Assembly (NCBI GenBank): GCA_964586635.1
Contig: CAZPGN010000001.1
Span: 11,087 to 70,931 of the forward strand
Direction: 5' to 3'
Length of the DNA stretch: 59,845 nucleotides
Source of the DNA: an uncultured Candidatus Saccharibacteria bacterium
GTDB taxonomy: Bacteria; Patescibacteriota; Minisyncoccia; Phycocordibacterales; CAZPGN01
Below, in pieces: positions 50,007-59,812 of this stretch. The translations under genes and the position numbers were made by a program. Positions within the stretch are counted from its first letter, which is position 1. Every line of letters begins with the position of its first letter. The notes beneath the pieces were generated by a model. That model worked only from the letters and a program-made list of their open reading frames with translations, did no database searches and was not told the DNA's origin.

Positions 50007-51375
50007 GAAAGTCAACATCTTTTTGGAACTCGGCGGCTCGATTCGCTACGCGCGCGCCGTATCCGCTCATGTGCCTTCGCCAGTTGCCGCCAGCATAGTA
50101 TTTTGCTGCTGCACAACTCTGTCTTGAATGCTGACTATCGTAGATTTGACTACAACCCGAAAGGCCGTCAGACAAATACAGCGCGGTTCCCGTAAAGGCG
50201 TCAAGATTATCAAATGGCGACGGTGGATTGTGGCCTGTAATTTTTCCGATGCGAGTGGAATACCCAGCTCCCGCATCGACATCCCACCATGTGCGGGGCA
50301 TAAACTGTGACGGTCCCATCGCGCCACCATATGAACCATCGCTTGGAATAGGACATGACACGGGCGTAGTGTTTGGTTCAAGTCCGAGCTGGTCCAAAAT
50401 ATACAAAAATGAGGACTTCTGCGTATCGCTCATGACGGTTCCAGCCGCATTTTTCCAGGGTGTGTTGTAGAAACATCTGCCGAGATTTCTGCCGATAACG
50501 CCATCTATGGCGGACTCTTGAGTCAAAACGGCAAGCGTAAGTGAGGCAGGAACACCAAGCTCCCGTTCAGGAACGCGCGCGATCTGAAGCGCCTCGCCGA
50601 AAGTGAGTTCTCCGCCCCCTTGCAAGCGCAGTATGCGATTCTTGATCTCGGCGGCCACTCGTTGCTTTTGGCGCAGAATTTCCTGATATTCCTTTTCCTC
50701 GCCACGCGTCAGCGCAAGTATTCGATTTTTCTCTCGCTCTTTCTGCTCATTCTTCCGCTTATCGATAACTTGGAGTTGTTTGAGCCTGTCTTCATCCAGG
50801 GTCTTTTTTTCAAGGATTTCCTTGCGTGCGTGCGTTTCGGCTCGAACATCGCGTATTTCCTCAAAGGCCCCCTGCATGCCGGCACGAAGAACATGGATCG
50901 ATCCTAGCCCCTCAAAAAAATGCGACAAAGTAGCCCCCGAGAGGATTATCTCGATGAGAGGGGATGTGTCGAGTTCATTTGTTCTGCGCATAAGTTCGCT
51001 CGCCGACACTCGAAGACTTTCGCTCTTCGCGTTCAATTTCACGATTGCGGCATTTTGCGCTCCAATGTCGCGGGTCAGTTTATGAATGTTCAAGTCACGC
51101 GCCTTAATTTCGAGCTGTGATTTGTTAACCTGATAATTGAGAATATCAATATCGCGCTCAAGGGTTGTGGATTCGCGCTGTTTTGCCTGCAATTCGGCAG
51201 TTTGTTGTGCAATTTCAACCTCACACTGCCGCAGGCGCTCCGCAAGTTCTGATTCTGCCGCTTGTTCTCGAATGGCGATCGAGCATTCCACCGCATGAGC
51301 ATGTCGCATCGGCAATGCGATGAATGCTAAAAACAACATCGTCAATGAAAACCAGAACGATAGAGTACGCATCAT
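49990..51375 (-). CDS. Secreted coiled-coil protein with an MltB/SLT_2-like lytic transglycosylase domain
   Basis: Signal peptide (AHA cleavage-like), long heptad region, LTQES catalytic Glu, [10 protein letters not shown]. Confidence 0.85.
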   Translation of the reverse strand: MMRTLSFWFSLTMLFLAFIALPMRHAHAVECSIAIREQAAESELAERLRQCEVEIAQQTAELQAKQRESTTLERDIDILNYQVNKSQLEIKARDLNIHKLTRDIGAQNAAIVKLNAKSESLRVSASELMRRTNELDTSPLIEIILSGATLSHFFEGLGSIHVLRAGMQGAFEEIRDVRAETHARKEILEKKTLDEDRLKQLQVIDKRKNEQKEREKNRILALTRGEEKEYQEILRQKQRVAAEIKNRILRLQGGGELTFGEALQIARVPERELGVPASLTLAVLTQESAIDGVIGRNLGRCFYNTPWKNAAGTVMSDTQKSSFLYILDQLGLEPNTTPVSCPIPSDGSYGGAMGPSQFMPRTWWDVDAGAGYSTRIGKITGHNPPSPFDNLDAFTGTALYLSDGLSGCSQIYDSQHSRQSCAAAKYYAGGNWRRHMSGYGARVANRAAEFQKDVDFLDAQI

Positions 51376-51444
51376 AGTATTTGAAACCAGTCTAACACAG
51401 CAAAAAGCACTGTGGGATAGATAGGCTCGTGTTTGTGCCAGTAC

Positions 51445-52095
51445 CTACTTACTATTGCCACCTTCAGTTTCAGTCTCCTTCTTGCCCTTCTTCTCTACGG
51501 CGATCTGTGTGAAATCTGGAGTCTGAACAGTTTCTGGCTTTTCTTCTTCCTGTATTGAGATATTCGCGATAACCTCATCTTCTTCTGCGAGCGCATGCGC
51601 GGTCTGCGGGAGTGCAATATTTTTGACTAAAATTTGACTATCCATTTCGGTAAGCGAGGATATGTCCACGACGATCTCGTGTGGAATATCCTTCGGCAGG
51701 ACCTCGATCGGAAGCTCCTGCATAACCCTAACCAAAATGCCGCCAAGATTTTTTACAGCGGGAGCAACTCCGCGAAAAACGAGAGGGACTGTCACCTCAA
51801 TAGGTTTATCGCCTTCAACAACATAGAAATCAGCGTGCGTTATCTCACCTGATACCGGATTTCTGTCAATGGCATGCACCAAGACTTCTCTTGTCCCATG
51901 AGGAGCGCTGATTGAGATGATAGACGACTCACCGGCCTCACGGAATATCTTTTCAAATTCACGCGCCGAAACAAAGTACGAGCGCGTTCCCTCCTTGGCG
52001 CCCCCGTACATAACTATCGGTAGCTTGCCAGCTTGGCGGCATTTTGAGAGCCGCTTACCGAATACATCCCTTTTTTCAGCCTGCAACTCAAACAT
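51445..52095 (-). CDS. rplY: 50S ribosomal protein L25/Ctc (long form)
   Basis: LQAEKR, LPIVMYG, HADFY, P.VF.G.APAVK..GG, LP.DIP.EI.VD; start ATG 52095. Confidence 0.93.
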   Translation of the reverse strand: MFELQAEKRDVFGKRLSKCRQAGKLPIVMYGGAKEGTRSYFVSAREFEKIFREAGESSIISISAPHGTREVLVHAIDRNPVSGEITHADFYVVEGDKPIEVTVPLVFRGVAPAVKNLGGILVRVMQELPIEVLPKDIPHEIVVDISSLTEMDSQILVKNIALPQTAHALAEEDEVIANISIQEEEKPETVQTPDFTQIAVEKKGKKETETEGGNSK

Positions 52096-52203
52096 GTGCG
52101 TTAGTATACATTTTATTCCCGCATTGTCCACACCTTGTATGACCTAATGTACTTTTGCACTCCGCTAGTAATTTCTCATAGTGTAAAAGATATATAAAAT
52201 GAA

Positions 52204-52240
52204 GGCTCCTGACCCCTTCACCTCCTTGGGGAAAAGAGCC
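52204..52240 (+). other. Hairpin displaying a perfect anti-Shine-Dalgarno sequence in its loop
   Basis: GGCTC-ctga-CCCC-TTCACCTCCTT-GGGG-aaaa-GAGCC. Confidence 0.5.
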
Positions 52241-52276
52241 AATTAGCGCCCTGGGGTTGTGATAAACTATATGGGA

Positions 52277-52849
52277 ATGAATCCAAAAGAGAAAATTCTC
52301 CTCTATGCAAGCAATATGTGGACATTCGCTGATGGGATGCTTGGCCCACTGCTTGCAATTTTTACCGAACGAATAGGCGGAAGCATTCTCGATGTTTCCT
52401 CCGCATGGGCAATATACTGGATGGTAACTGGCATCTTCGTAATCATCATCGGACGATTTTCTGACCACCATCCTAAAGAGAAAATCCTCATCGCGGGCTA
52501 TGCCCTCTCGGCATTATTTACATTTTCTTATCTTCTCGTTAGAAGTCCAACGCATCTATTTTTTGTGCAAGCAGGGTCTGGCTTCGCGCTCGCGTTGAGT
52601 AATCCTTCATGGTATGCGCTCTACGGCAAATATTCAGACAAGAAACGCGCTGGCGCTATGTGGGGACTTGCAGATGGCGAAGGAAAAATTATGAATGGAA
52701 TCGCCATACTGCTTGGCGGTTATATCGTAAAAACATACTCGTTCGACATTTTGTTTGTGATCATGGGAGTCGTGCAAATAATAGCAACCTTATATCTTGC
52801 GCGTATTCTCCACACACGCAGATTTCGCCGAGCCGCCATTACACGATAG
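52277..52849 (+). CDS. Half-size (~6 TM) MFS-type transporter
   Basis: Motif-A-like GRFSD; about six hydrophobic segments; ~190 aa with a clean start and stop; TGaTAAACT 8 nt upstream. Confidence 0.8.
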   Translation: MNPKEKILLYASNMWTFADGMLGPLLAIFTERIGGSILDVSSAWAIYWMVTGIFVIIIGRFSDHHPKEKILIAGYALSALFTFSYLLVRSPTHLFFVQAGSGFALALSNPSWYALYGKYSDKKRAGAMWGLADGEGKIMNGIAILLGGYIVKTYSFDILFVIMGVVQIIATLYLARILHTRRFRRAAITR

Positions 52850-52867
52850 CGACGAGTTTAGTACCTT

Positions 52868-53842
52868 TCATTTAACTACATTTGGCGGTGTTCTTCCATC
52901 GAAAAATGCGATGATATTTTCTGCGGCGAGGCGGGACATTGCGGCGCGGGTCCGAACGGTCGCCGAAGCGATGTGCGGAGTTACAATCACATTCTCAAGC
53001 TCCGTGAGTCCTTGCGCGAGCGCAGGCTCGTTCTCGAAAACATCAAGCGCCGCGCCCTGAATGATGCGCCGCTTGAGCGCCTCCACGAGGGCGGCCTCGT
53101 CAACCACTGGCCCGCGTGAAGTGTTCACGAGATATGCTGTCGGCTTCATGAGCGCTAGGCTCTGTGCGTTTATTAAATGGCGCGTGGAGTCGAGCAGTGG
53201 AACATGCACTGATACGATGTCTGCCTCCTTGAGTAGATCCTCCGGCGTAAACCGATATTCCGCCCCATACTCTTTTTCAAATTGCTCGTTTCGTGCCAAA
53301 TCGTAATAGATGACGCGCATATCAAAACCGCGGGAACCGTGATGCGCAACTCGTGAGCCGATCCGTCCAAGACCAAGCACGCCGAGTGTCATTCCCGCAA
53401 GGTCGCTCCCGAGTAGAAGTTCTGGAGCCCATCCCATATATTTTCCTGCGCGCGTAAAATGGTCGGCCTCAACCACACGATGCGCAAGCGCCATAATAAG
53501 GGCGAATGTGTGTTCCGCGACCGTGTTTGTAAGAACGCCTGGAGTATTAGCAATTGTTATCCCTCGTTCTTTGGCGGCCGTGATATCAATGTTATTGAAA
53601 CCGACCGCATAATTGGCAAAAATCTTAGCAGTTGGCGCGGCATCAAAAACTTCAGCATCAATCACGTCTGTCAACAGACAAAGTACTGCGTCGTATTGCT
53701 TCCTGTGGAGGACGGAGATAAGTTCGCTTTTTGAAAGCACCCTATCGTGCGGGCTCACCTCAACTTCATATCCTTTCTCTCGCAAGAGCAAAGGCCCCGC
53801 ATCCGGAATTTTCCTCGTGATGTATACAGACGGCATAGGCAT
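52868..53842 (-). CDS. D-2-hydroxyacid dehydrogenase (glyoxylate/hydroxypyruvate reductase-like)
   Basis: AVGFNNID, NTPGVL, GLGRIG, VNTSRG, LDVFENEP, PHIASAT; ATG 1 nt after the fba stop. Confidence 0.92.
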   Translation of the reverse strand: MPMPSVYITRKIPDAGPLLLREKGYEVEVSPHDRVLSKSELISVLHRKQYDAVLCLLTDVIDAEVFDAAPTAKIFANYAVGFNNIDITAAKERGITIANTPGVLTNTVAEHTFALIMALAHRVVEADHFTRAGKYMGWAPELLLGSDLAGMTLGVLGLGRIGSRVAHHGSRGFDMRVIYYDLARNEQFEKEYGAEYRFTPEDLLKEADIVSVHVPLLDSTRHLINAQSLALMKPTAYLVNTSRGPVVDEAALVEALKRRIIQGAALDVFENEPALAQGLTELENVIVTPHIASATVRTRAAMSRLAAENIIAFFDGRTPPNVVK

Positions 53843-53843
53843 C

Positions 53844-54707
53844 TTATTTTCCGCAAAATAGTGAAAGGCGGTCGGCAACAACTTTTCGCATCGCATCTCT
53901 GCCCCCCACTAGAAGTTTATATGGCGCGACATCGTTGCTCGACTTTAGAGATTCTTCGATAGAACCCCTCCAGGCAACACGAAGCTCTGTGTTTATGTGT
54001 ATAACACTAATTCCAGCTTGCGTGGCGGCGCGAAAGTCGTCATCGAGTATGCCGGATCCGCCGTGTAATACTAGGGGCTTATCGACAGCGCCAGCGATGT
54101 TCTTAACAAGCTCTATATCGAGTCGAGGATTAGGGGTATTTTTTAGCATGCCGTGAATATTTCCAACCGCAGGAGCAAACAGGTCTACGTCAGTCTCTCT
54201 CACAAACCGCTCCGCGTCTTCCGGAGCAGTCATTTGCTCGCGAGTAACCGCAACGCCTTCTGGTAATACATCGAGCACATTGGAGGATGTCCCAATGTAT
54301 CCAAGCTCACCTTCTATGACAACATCCCGCTTGCTCGCTCGCGAATATGCAACACACTCTTTTGTCAATGCAATATTTTCATCGATAGGCAGTCTTGCGC
54401 CGTCAAAAATGGCCGAATCGAAACCGACATCGATGGCCTCTTTTACTCGTTTTACCGAATAGGTATGGTCTGCATTTATGAATATCGGGTAATTGAATTC
54501 GTCTCGAATACTCTTCACTAGAGCAACCGCCTGACGCATGCCGATAAAATCCCGTTCGCCCTCTGATACACCAATGATAACTGCCTGCCTCGCCTCCCGC
54601 GCCGCGTCAAAAATCGCCCAAAGAGTCTCTATTGTTGAGATATTGAAATGGCCGAGCGCATAACGGTCTCTGCTCGCATCGGCTAGATATTCTCGATATG
54701 TCTTCAT
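53844..54707 (-). CDS. fba: Class II fructose-bisphosphate aldolase
   Basis: NADH (metal ligand), FDG, EGELG, AVGNIHG, LVLHGGSG, INTE. Confidence 0.92.
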   Translation of the reverse strand: MKTYREYLADASRDRYALGHFNISTIETLWAIFDAAREARQAVIIGVSEGERDFIGMRQAVALVKSIRDEFNYPIFINADHTYSVKRVKEAIDVGFDSAIFDGARLPIDENIALTKECVAYSRASKRDVVIEGELGYIGTSSNVLDVLPEGVAVTREQMTAPEDAERFVRETDVDLFAPAVGNIHGMLKNTPNPRLDIELVKNIAGAVDKPLVLHGGSGILDDDFRAATQAGISVIHINTELRVAWRGSIEESLKSSNDVAPYKLLVGGRDAMRKVVADRLSLFCGK

Positions 54708-54747
54708 GATATACTGTATTCTATCACTAACGAATTAAATCACCATA

Positions 54748-55746
54748 ATGGCTGACTATGATTTCGTCGCGATTGGCGACATTGTTACCGATGCGTTCAT
54801 CAAGATACAGGACCCGAATGCGCACGCCGACACACATGATGGGAAACGAGAAATTTGTTTCGCTTTCGGCGCGAAAGTCCCCTACGAATCGGTAACGGTC
54901 ATTCCCGGGGTAGGAAATTCTCCTAACGCGGCGGTTGCGGCCGCACGACTCGGTCTTCGGTCGGCTATTGTGTCTGACCATGGCGATGACGATCATGCGA
55001 AGGAACAACGCGCAACGCTTGAAAGAGAAAATGTTGCAACTGAATTTCTCCGTAATCATTCCGGTATTGCAACCAATTATCACTATGTGCTGTGGTACCG
55101 CGAAGAACGCACCATTCTCATCAAGCACCATGCCTATGAATACTCTCTCCCCAATATCGGCAACCCAAAATGGATTTATGTGAGTTCTCTTGGCGAACAA
55201 CTTGCGCCCTATCACGCACAAATTGAGACATTTCTCGATTCACACCCGATCACCATGCTCGCCTATCAGCCCGGGACATTCCAGATCTCCCTCGGATACG
55301 AAAAAACTAGAGGAATGTACGAGCGGTCGGCTATTTTCTTCTGCAATACTGATGAAGCGCGGCGCATACTGAAGACAGGTGAACAAAATGGCGCCCTGCT
55401 CGCAAAAAATATTTCGAAACTTGGTCCGAAAATCGCCGTGATTACGGACGGCCCGAAAGGACTATATGCACACGACAGCACGACAGGAGCGACATGGTTT
55501 ATGCCCCCATACCCCGACCCGAAGCCGCCCGTAGACCGAACTGGCGCAGGTGACTCATTCTCCTCGACAGTAACCATTGCGCTCTTATTAGGTCTACCGC
55601 TTCAAGAAGCGTTGCGTTGGGGTCCTATAAACTCCATGTCTGTCGTGCAATATGTCGGCGCGCAGGAGGGCCTCCTGTCGCGTGAAAGGCTTGAAGCGTA
55701 CTTGTCTACCGCACCAGCAGACTATCTGCCTCATCGCTTAGACTAG
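54748..55746 (+). CDS. PfkB/ribokinase family sugar kinase
   Basis: GNSPNAAVAAARLG, AVITDGPKG, DRTGAGDSF. Confidence 0.92.
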   Translation: MADYDFVAIGDIVTDAFIKIQDPNAHADTHDGKREICFAFGAKVPYESVTVIPGVGNSPNAAVAAARLGLRSAIVSDHGDDDHAKEQRATLERENVATEFLRNHSGIATNYHYVLWYREERTILIKHHAYEYSLPNIGNPKWIYVSSLGEQLAPYHAQIETFLDSHPITMLAYQPGTFQISLGYEKTRGMYERSAIFFCNTDEARRILKTGEQNGALLAKNISKLGPKIAVITDGPKGLYAHDSTTGATWFMPPYPDPKPPVDRTGAGDSFSSTVTIALLLGLPLQEALRWGPINSMSVVQYVGAQEGLLSRERLEAYLSTAPADYLPHRLD

Positions 55747-55754
55747 GGGGGGTT

Positions 55755-56750
55755 CTACTTTTTTCTTGCGATAACACGCTTTACGGCTTCCACGATAGAC
55801 GATGCGCCGAGGCCATAGTGTTCAACAAGTTCTTCGGGCGTCCCCGATTGTCCAAATCTATCATCAACGCCCAGAAATTCGATTGGCACCGGATGATGAG
55901 ATGCAAGAGCTTCGGCAACCGCAGAACCCATTCCACCTGCGCGCTGATGCTCCTCTATAGTTACAATCGCACCTGATCTTTTCGCCGCCGCAATGATGGC
56001 ATTAGTATCTATCGGCTTCACGCTGTGATTGTTCATGACACTGACAATGACTCCCTCCTTAGCAAGCATGTCGGCTGCAATAAGGGCGTTATAGAGCACC
56101 GCCCCACAACCCACGATCGTCACCTGCGGCGACGGCGCATCAATAAACATATTTGCCTTTCCTATCTCAAATGGCGAATCTTCGGTAGTCATTAAGGGAG
56201 TCTTCTCGCGAGCAAGTCGCACATAGGCGGGGCTTTCATTTTGCGTCATTGCTAGGATGGCTTTTTTTGCCTCGATACTGTCGCACGGCACGATGACTTG
56301 CATCCGCGGGATGACGCGCATAATGGCAATATCCTCTACCGCTTGATGAGTCCCGCCGTCGGGACCAACAGACACCCCGGCATGTGAACCAGCGATCTTG
56401 ACTGGACGATTGTTATAACAAATAGTGGTGCGTATCTGCTCCCAATTGCGCCCAGGACTGAACATCGCATATGATGATATGACTGGTATTTTGCCAACCG
56501 CGGAAAGTCCGGAAGCGACCGTCGCAAGGTTCTGCTCCGCAACACCTATTTCAATGAATCGCTTTGGAAATTTTTTGACGAAGAGAGACATCTTCGTTGA
56601 ATCGGTAAGATCGGCGCATAAAGCAACAATGCGCGGGTCGCGCTCGCCTGCAGAAAGCAATCCTTCACCGAATCCCTGACGGATAGGGACTTGTTCGATA
56701 TCTTCAGTAAACAATTTCGGATTCAGTTTTTGTGCTTGGTTTATTTCCAT
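55755..56750 (-). CDS. Transketolase, C-terminal subunit (split type)
   Basis: GVAEQN, GPDGGTHQ, YVRL.R, IEEH, D.FGQSG. Confidence 0.94.
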   Translation of the reverse strand: MEINQAQKLNPKLFTEDIEQVPIRQGFGEGLLSAGERDPRIVALCADLTDSTKMSLFVKKFPKRFIEIGVAEQNLATVASGLSAVGKIPVISSYAMFSPGRNWEQIRTTICYNNRPVKIAGSHAGVSVGPDGGTHQAVEDIAIMRVIPRMQVIVPCDSIEAKKAILAMTQNESPAYVRLAREKTPLMTTEDSPFEIGKANMFIDAPSPQVTIVGCGAVLYNALIAADMLAKEGVIVSVMNNHSVKPIDTNAIIAAAKRSGAIVTIEEHQRAGGMGSAVAEALASHHPVPIEFLGVDDRFGQSGTPEELVEHYGLGASSIVEAVKRVIARKK

Positions 56751-56765
56751 ATTCTAGACAGAAGA

Positions 56766-57665
56766 CTATTCATGCTCGCCCTTGATCGCCCCGCCAAGCG
56801 TGCGCAGTTCGTTCAGAAATGCATCTGCTTGATCTTTTTTAGCAAAATTATCTTCGGGGCCTTGCCCGGGTGGAGAACCATGCCATGAAAACTTTCGTTC
56901 CGCGAATGACACGCCCTTGCCAGGAACTGTATGCGCAATGATAACCGAGGGCTTCTCGAATACAGACTTCGCCTGACCCACCGCCTCATGTATGGCCTCA
57001 AAATTGTGCCCATCGATTTCCTGCACATGCCAATTCCACGCTTCCCACTTCTCGCGAAGCGGTTCAAGCGGCATAATATCCTCGGTGTATCCGTCTATTT
57101 GAATATTGTTTCGATCAATGATAGCAATCACATTATGCAATTTTTCCCTTCCTGCGAGCATAGCACCTTCCCATGTATTACCCGCGTCCAATTCGCCATC
57201 ACTCATAAGACAATAAACAAATCTATCGGACGAGGTGCCGTAATCCATTCGCAATCCAAACGCCATGCCGATGGCCTGCGACAATCCCGAGCCGAGCGGC
57301 CCCGAACTTGTTTCGAGGCTCGGAAGGTACTCTCTGTGGGGATGCCCCTGATACGGAGAACCGAACGCGCGAAGTCGATTCTCAAAATCTTCTACCGGAA
57401 AATATCCCGCATGCGCCATCGTGGAGTACAAAACTGGGCAAATGTGTCCGTTTGATAGCACGAGGTAGTCGCGCTCCGGCCATGTCGGATTTTTTGGGTC
57501 ATGCTTCAGCGCGTGAAAATAGAGGTATGTAAAAATTTCGGCCATGCCAAGTGGGCCAGCCGTGTGTCCCGATCCTGCTTTTACCAGGGCATTCACCAAA
57601 GACACGCGGACTTTCTGTGCCATCTCTTCTAGCTCCTTTATTTTATCGTCGTGCAAATGGTTCAT
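56766..57665 (-). CDS. Transketolase, N-terminal subunit (split type)
   Basis: GSGH, LSNGH, QGHP, SGPLGSG, SDGE.DAG..WE, D.NNIQ.DG, KGV.F.E..F.WHG; ATG 57665. Confidence 0.94.
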   Translation of the reverse strand: MNHLHDDKIKELEEMAQKVRVSLVNALVKAGSGHTAGPLGMAEIFTYLYFHALKHDPKNPTWPERDYLVLSNGHICPVLYSTMAHAGYFPVEDFENRLRAFGSPYQGHPHREYLPSLETSSGPLGSGLSQAIGMAFGLRMDYGTSSDRFVYCLMSDGELDAGNTWEGAMLAGREKLHNVIAIIDRNNIQIDGYTEDIMPLEPLREKWEAWNWHVQEIDGHNFEAIHEAVGQAKSVFEKPSVIIAHTVPGKGVSFAERKFSWHGSPPGQGPEDNFAKKDQADAFLNELRTLGGAIKGEHE

Positions 57666-57675
57666 ACGATATAGG

Positions 57676-58323
57676 TTACATATTTTGAAATTCTTTGATT
57701 GTTCTTGCAACATCGCCGCTTTTCCAGATAGCCGAACCGACAACGAGCGCATCTGCCCCTGCCGCAATAAGATGGGGCGCATTTCGTAGCGTAACGCCTC
57801 CATCAACGGCGATATGGAGATCGGGATATGAGCTCCGCAGGGCGATGATTCTTTCATATACGCCATCATCGAAGGGAATGCCGTAGGCCCCGATCTCGGC
57901 AATACTCATAAACTGAACATATTTGATGCTACCGAGAAAAGGATAGAGCGCCTCAACTGGCGTATCCATAAGAATCGCGATGCCCGCTTCAACGCCGGCC
58001 GAACCGTTGATGACCATAAGCAGGTCATCTAGGTTTGGTGTTGATTCGTAGTGAACTAGTATCCGCTTCGCACCCGACTCGAGCCATTCCTCGATCATAT
58101 GCTCTGGTTTCTTGATCATGAGATGTAATTCAATGTTCATCTCAAGTGCGATGTCGGAAAGATCTCCCGGACTGCCATCGGTAAAAGGCCATGATCGCTG
58201 TGAGGAAAATTCGCCATCAATGACATCTATTTGCACCCAATCAACCAAACCCCGAAGTTCTTCAGTTTTCGCGGCAATATCCTCGATGGTTTTCCCGATT
58301 ATAGCTGGTAATACTTCTCGCAT
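57676..58323 (-). CDS. rpe: Ribulose-phosphate 3-epimerase
   Basis: IDVIDG.F, ELHLM, VHYE, FMS, VDGGV, LVVGSAI. Confidence 0.92.
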   Translation of the reverse strand: MREVLPAIIGKTIEDIAAKTEELRGLVDWVQIDVIDGEFSSQRSWPFTDGSPGDLSDIALEMNIELHLMIKKPEHMIEEWLESGAKRILVHYESTPNLDDLLMVINGSAGVEAGIAILMDTPVEALYPFLGSIKYVQFMSIAEIGAYGIPFDDGVYERIIALRSSYPDLHIAVDGGVTLRNAPHLIAAGADALVVGSAIWKSGDVARTIKEFQNM

Positions 58324-58778
58324 ACGTCTTTTGTAACCGAATCTATCTCATGAAGGCGGCGTGTATGCCGCTGTTCGCCGCTAAACTCGGCCGCGAGCCA
58401 TCGCAGGACCGCCTCCACTGCTTCTTCGTCAGAGAGAAAGCGCGCGGCGAGTGAAAGTATGTTCGCATTATTGTGCGACCGTGATAAATCAAGTATATCA
58501 AAATTGGGGGAGTAGTAGACGGCGGCGCGCACATGCGGAAATCGATTAGCAACCATCGCCTCACCTTGTCCCGAACCGCCAATGATTATGCCGCGGCTGC
58601 GTTCGGGGTCTTGCGATATCGCTTGCGCCACGGGAACCATAAAATCGGGATAATCATCAGCAGGGTCGTTCTGAAATGCGCCCTTATCAACAATTTCATG
58701 CCCTGCAGATTGTAGTGTCGCCTTGAGTTTCTCCTTAAGATTAAAGCCAGCATGGTCAGCTCCGATATAGATCCGCAT
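58299..58778 (-). CDS. rpiB: Ribose-5-phosphate isomerase B
   Basis: IGADHAG, DYPD, GGSGQG, HNNANIL, RH.RR. Confidence 0.93.
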   Translation of the reverse strand: MRIYIGADHAGFNLKEKLKATLQSAGHEIVDKGAFQNDPADDYPDFMVPVAQAISQDPERSRGIIIGGSGQGEAMVANRFPHVRAAVYYSPNFDILDLSRSHNNANILSLAARFLSDEEAVEAVLRWLAAEFSGEQRHTRRLHEIDSVTKDVCEKYYQL

Positions 58779-58783
58779 AGTGT

Positions 58784-59812
58784 CTATGAAAGGTACCTGC
58801 CGCTTTTAATCACATGCTCGACAAGCGTATAGGTATAGCCCATTTCGTTATCGTACCATGACAATACCTTGAGCAAATTGCCGCCGACGACCTTGGTGAA
58901 GCTCAAATCGGCGATCGCGGCATAGGGACTGCCGATAATGTCCGAGGAAACAATAGGGTCTTCGGTGGTCGTATAGATTCCCTTCCAGCGCGTCTCGGAT
59001 GCGGCTTCTTTCAATATGCGGTTTACTTCGCCTGATGTCACTTCGCGCTTCATGACTGCGGTAATATCGGCGATGGAGCCGGTAACAACCGGCACGCGAA
59101 ACGCGATGCCATCAAAATTCCCCTCTAACTCGGGCATAGCTTTTGTAACTGCTATCGCGGCGCCGGTCGTGGAGGGGACTATATTTTGCGCCGCAGCTCG
59201 ACCGCGCCGCCAATCCTTCGCATCAGGCCCGTCGACTATCTTTTGGCTTGCGGTGTATCCATGAACCGTAGAGAGCATGGCCTTCTCTATGCCGAAGGCA
59301 TCGTTCAGAATTCTCATTACAGGACTTGCGGCATTCGTCGTGCACGATGCGTTGGATGAAATATCGCACTGCGCGAGAGCTTCATCATTTATACCCATGA
59401 GCACTGTCGCCCCGCGCACTCCCTGGGGCGGCTCGTCTTTTATCGGCGCGGAAATGACAACGCGCTTCGCGCCCGCGCGCAAGTGCGCGCGGGCTTTTTC
59501 GTATGTCTCAAAAACACCGGTGGATTCGACTGCAACATCGATGTGTAAATCCGCCCAAGGTAAATCAGCAGGATTTTTCTCTTGGCAGATTTTTATCGAC
59601 TGCTTATTGACATGCAAGAAACTGTCTACGCGTTTAATATCAAAACCCGAACCGCCATACACGGTATCGTATTTGAGGAGGTATGCGAGATTATCTATAT
59701 CAGCGAGATCGTTAATAGCTACCAATTCAAGTTCCGGCCGCGTGATCGCAAGCTTCAGAAATGCTCGCCCGATCCGTCCCAATCCATTAACCGCAACGCG
59801 AATCTTTTTCAT
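58784..59812 (-). CDS. gap: Type I glyceraldehyde-3-phosphate dehydrogenase
   Basis: NGLGRIGR, ESTGVF, NASCTTN, PSTTGAA, WYDNE; ATG 59812, 6 nt after TATAAT. Confidence 0.97.
   Translation of the reverse strand: MKKIRVAVNGLGRIGRAFLKLAITRPELELVAINDLADIDNLAYLLKYDTVYGGSGFDIKRVDSFLHVNKQSIKICQEKNPADLPWADLHIDVAVESTGVFETYEKARAHLRAGAKRVVISAPIKDEPPQGVRGATVLMGINDEALAQCDISSNASCTTNAASPVMRILNDAFGIEKAMLSTVHGYTASQKIVDGPDAKDWRRGRAAAQNIVPSTTGAAIAVTKAMPELEGNFDGIAFRVPVVTGSIADITAVMKREVTSGEVNRILKEAASETRWKGIYTTTEDPIVSSDIIGSPYAAIADLSFTKVVGGNLLKVLSWYDNEMGYTYTLVEHVIKSGRYLS

Noticed and set aside
52088-52471. 127-aa minus-strand ORF with Cys pairs
   Set aside because: Overlaps the MFS gene in antisense and the rplY start region; no motif support.
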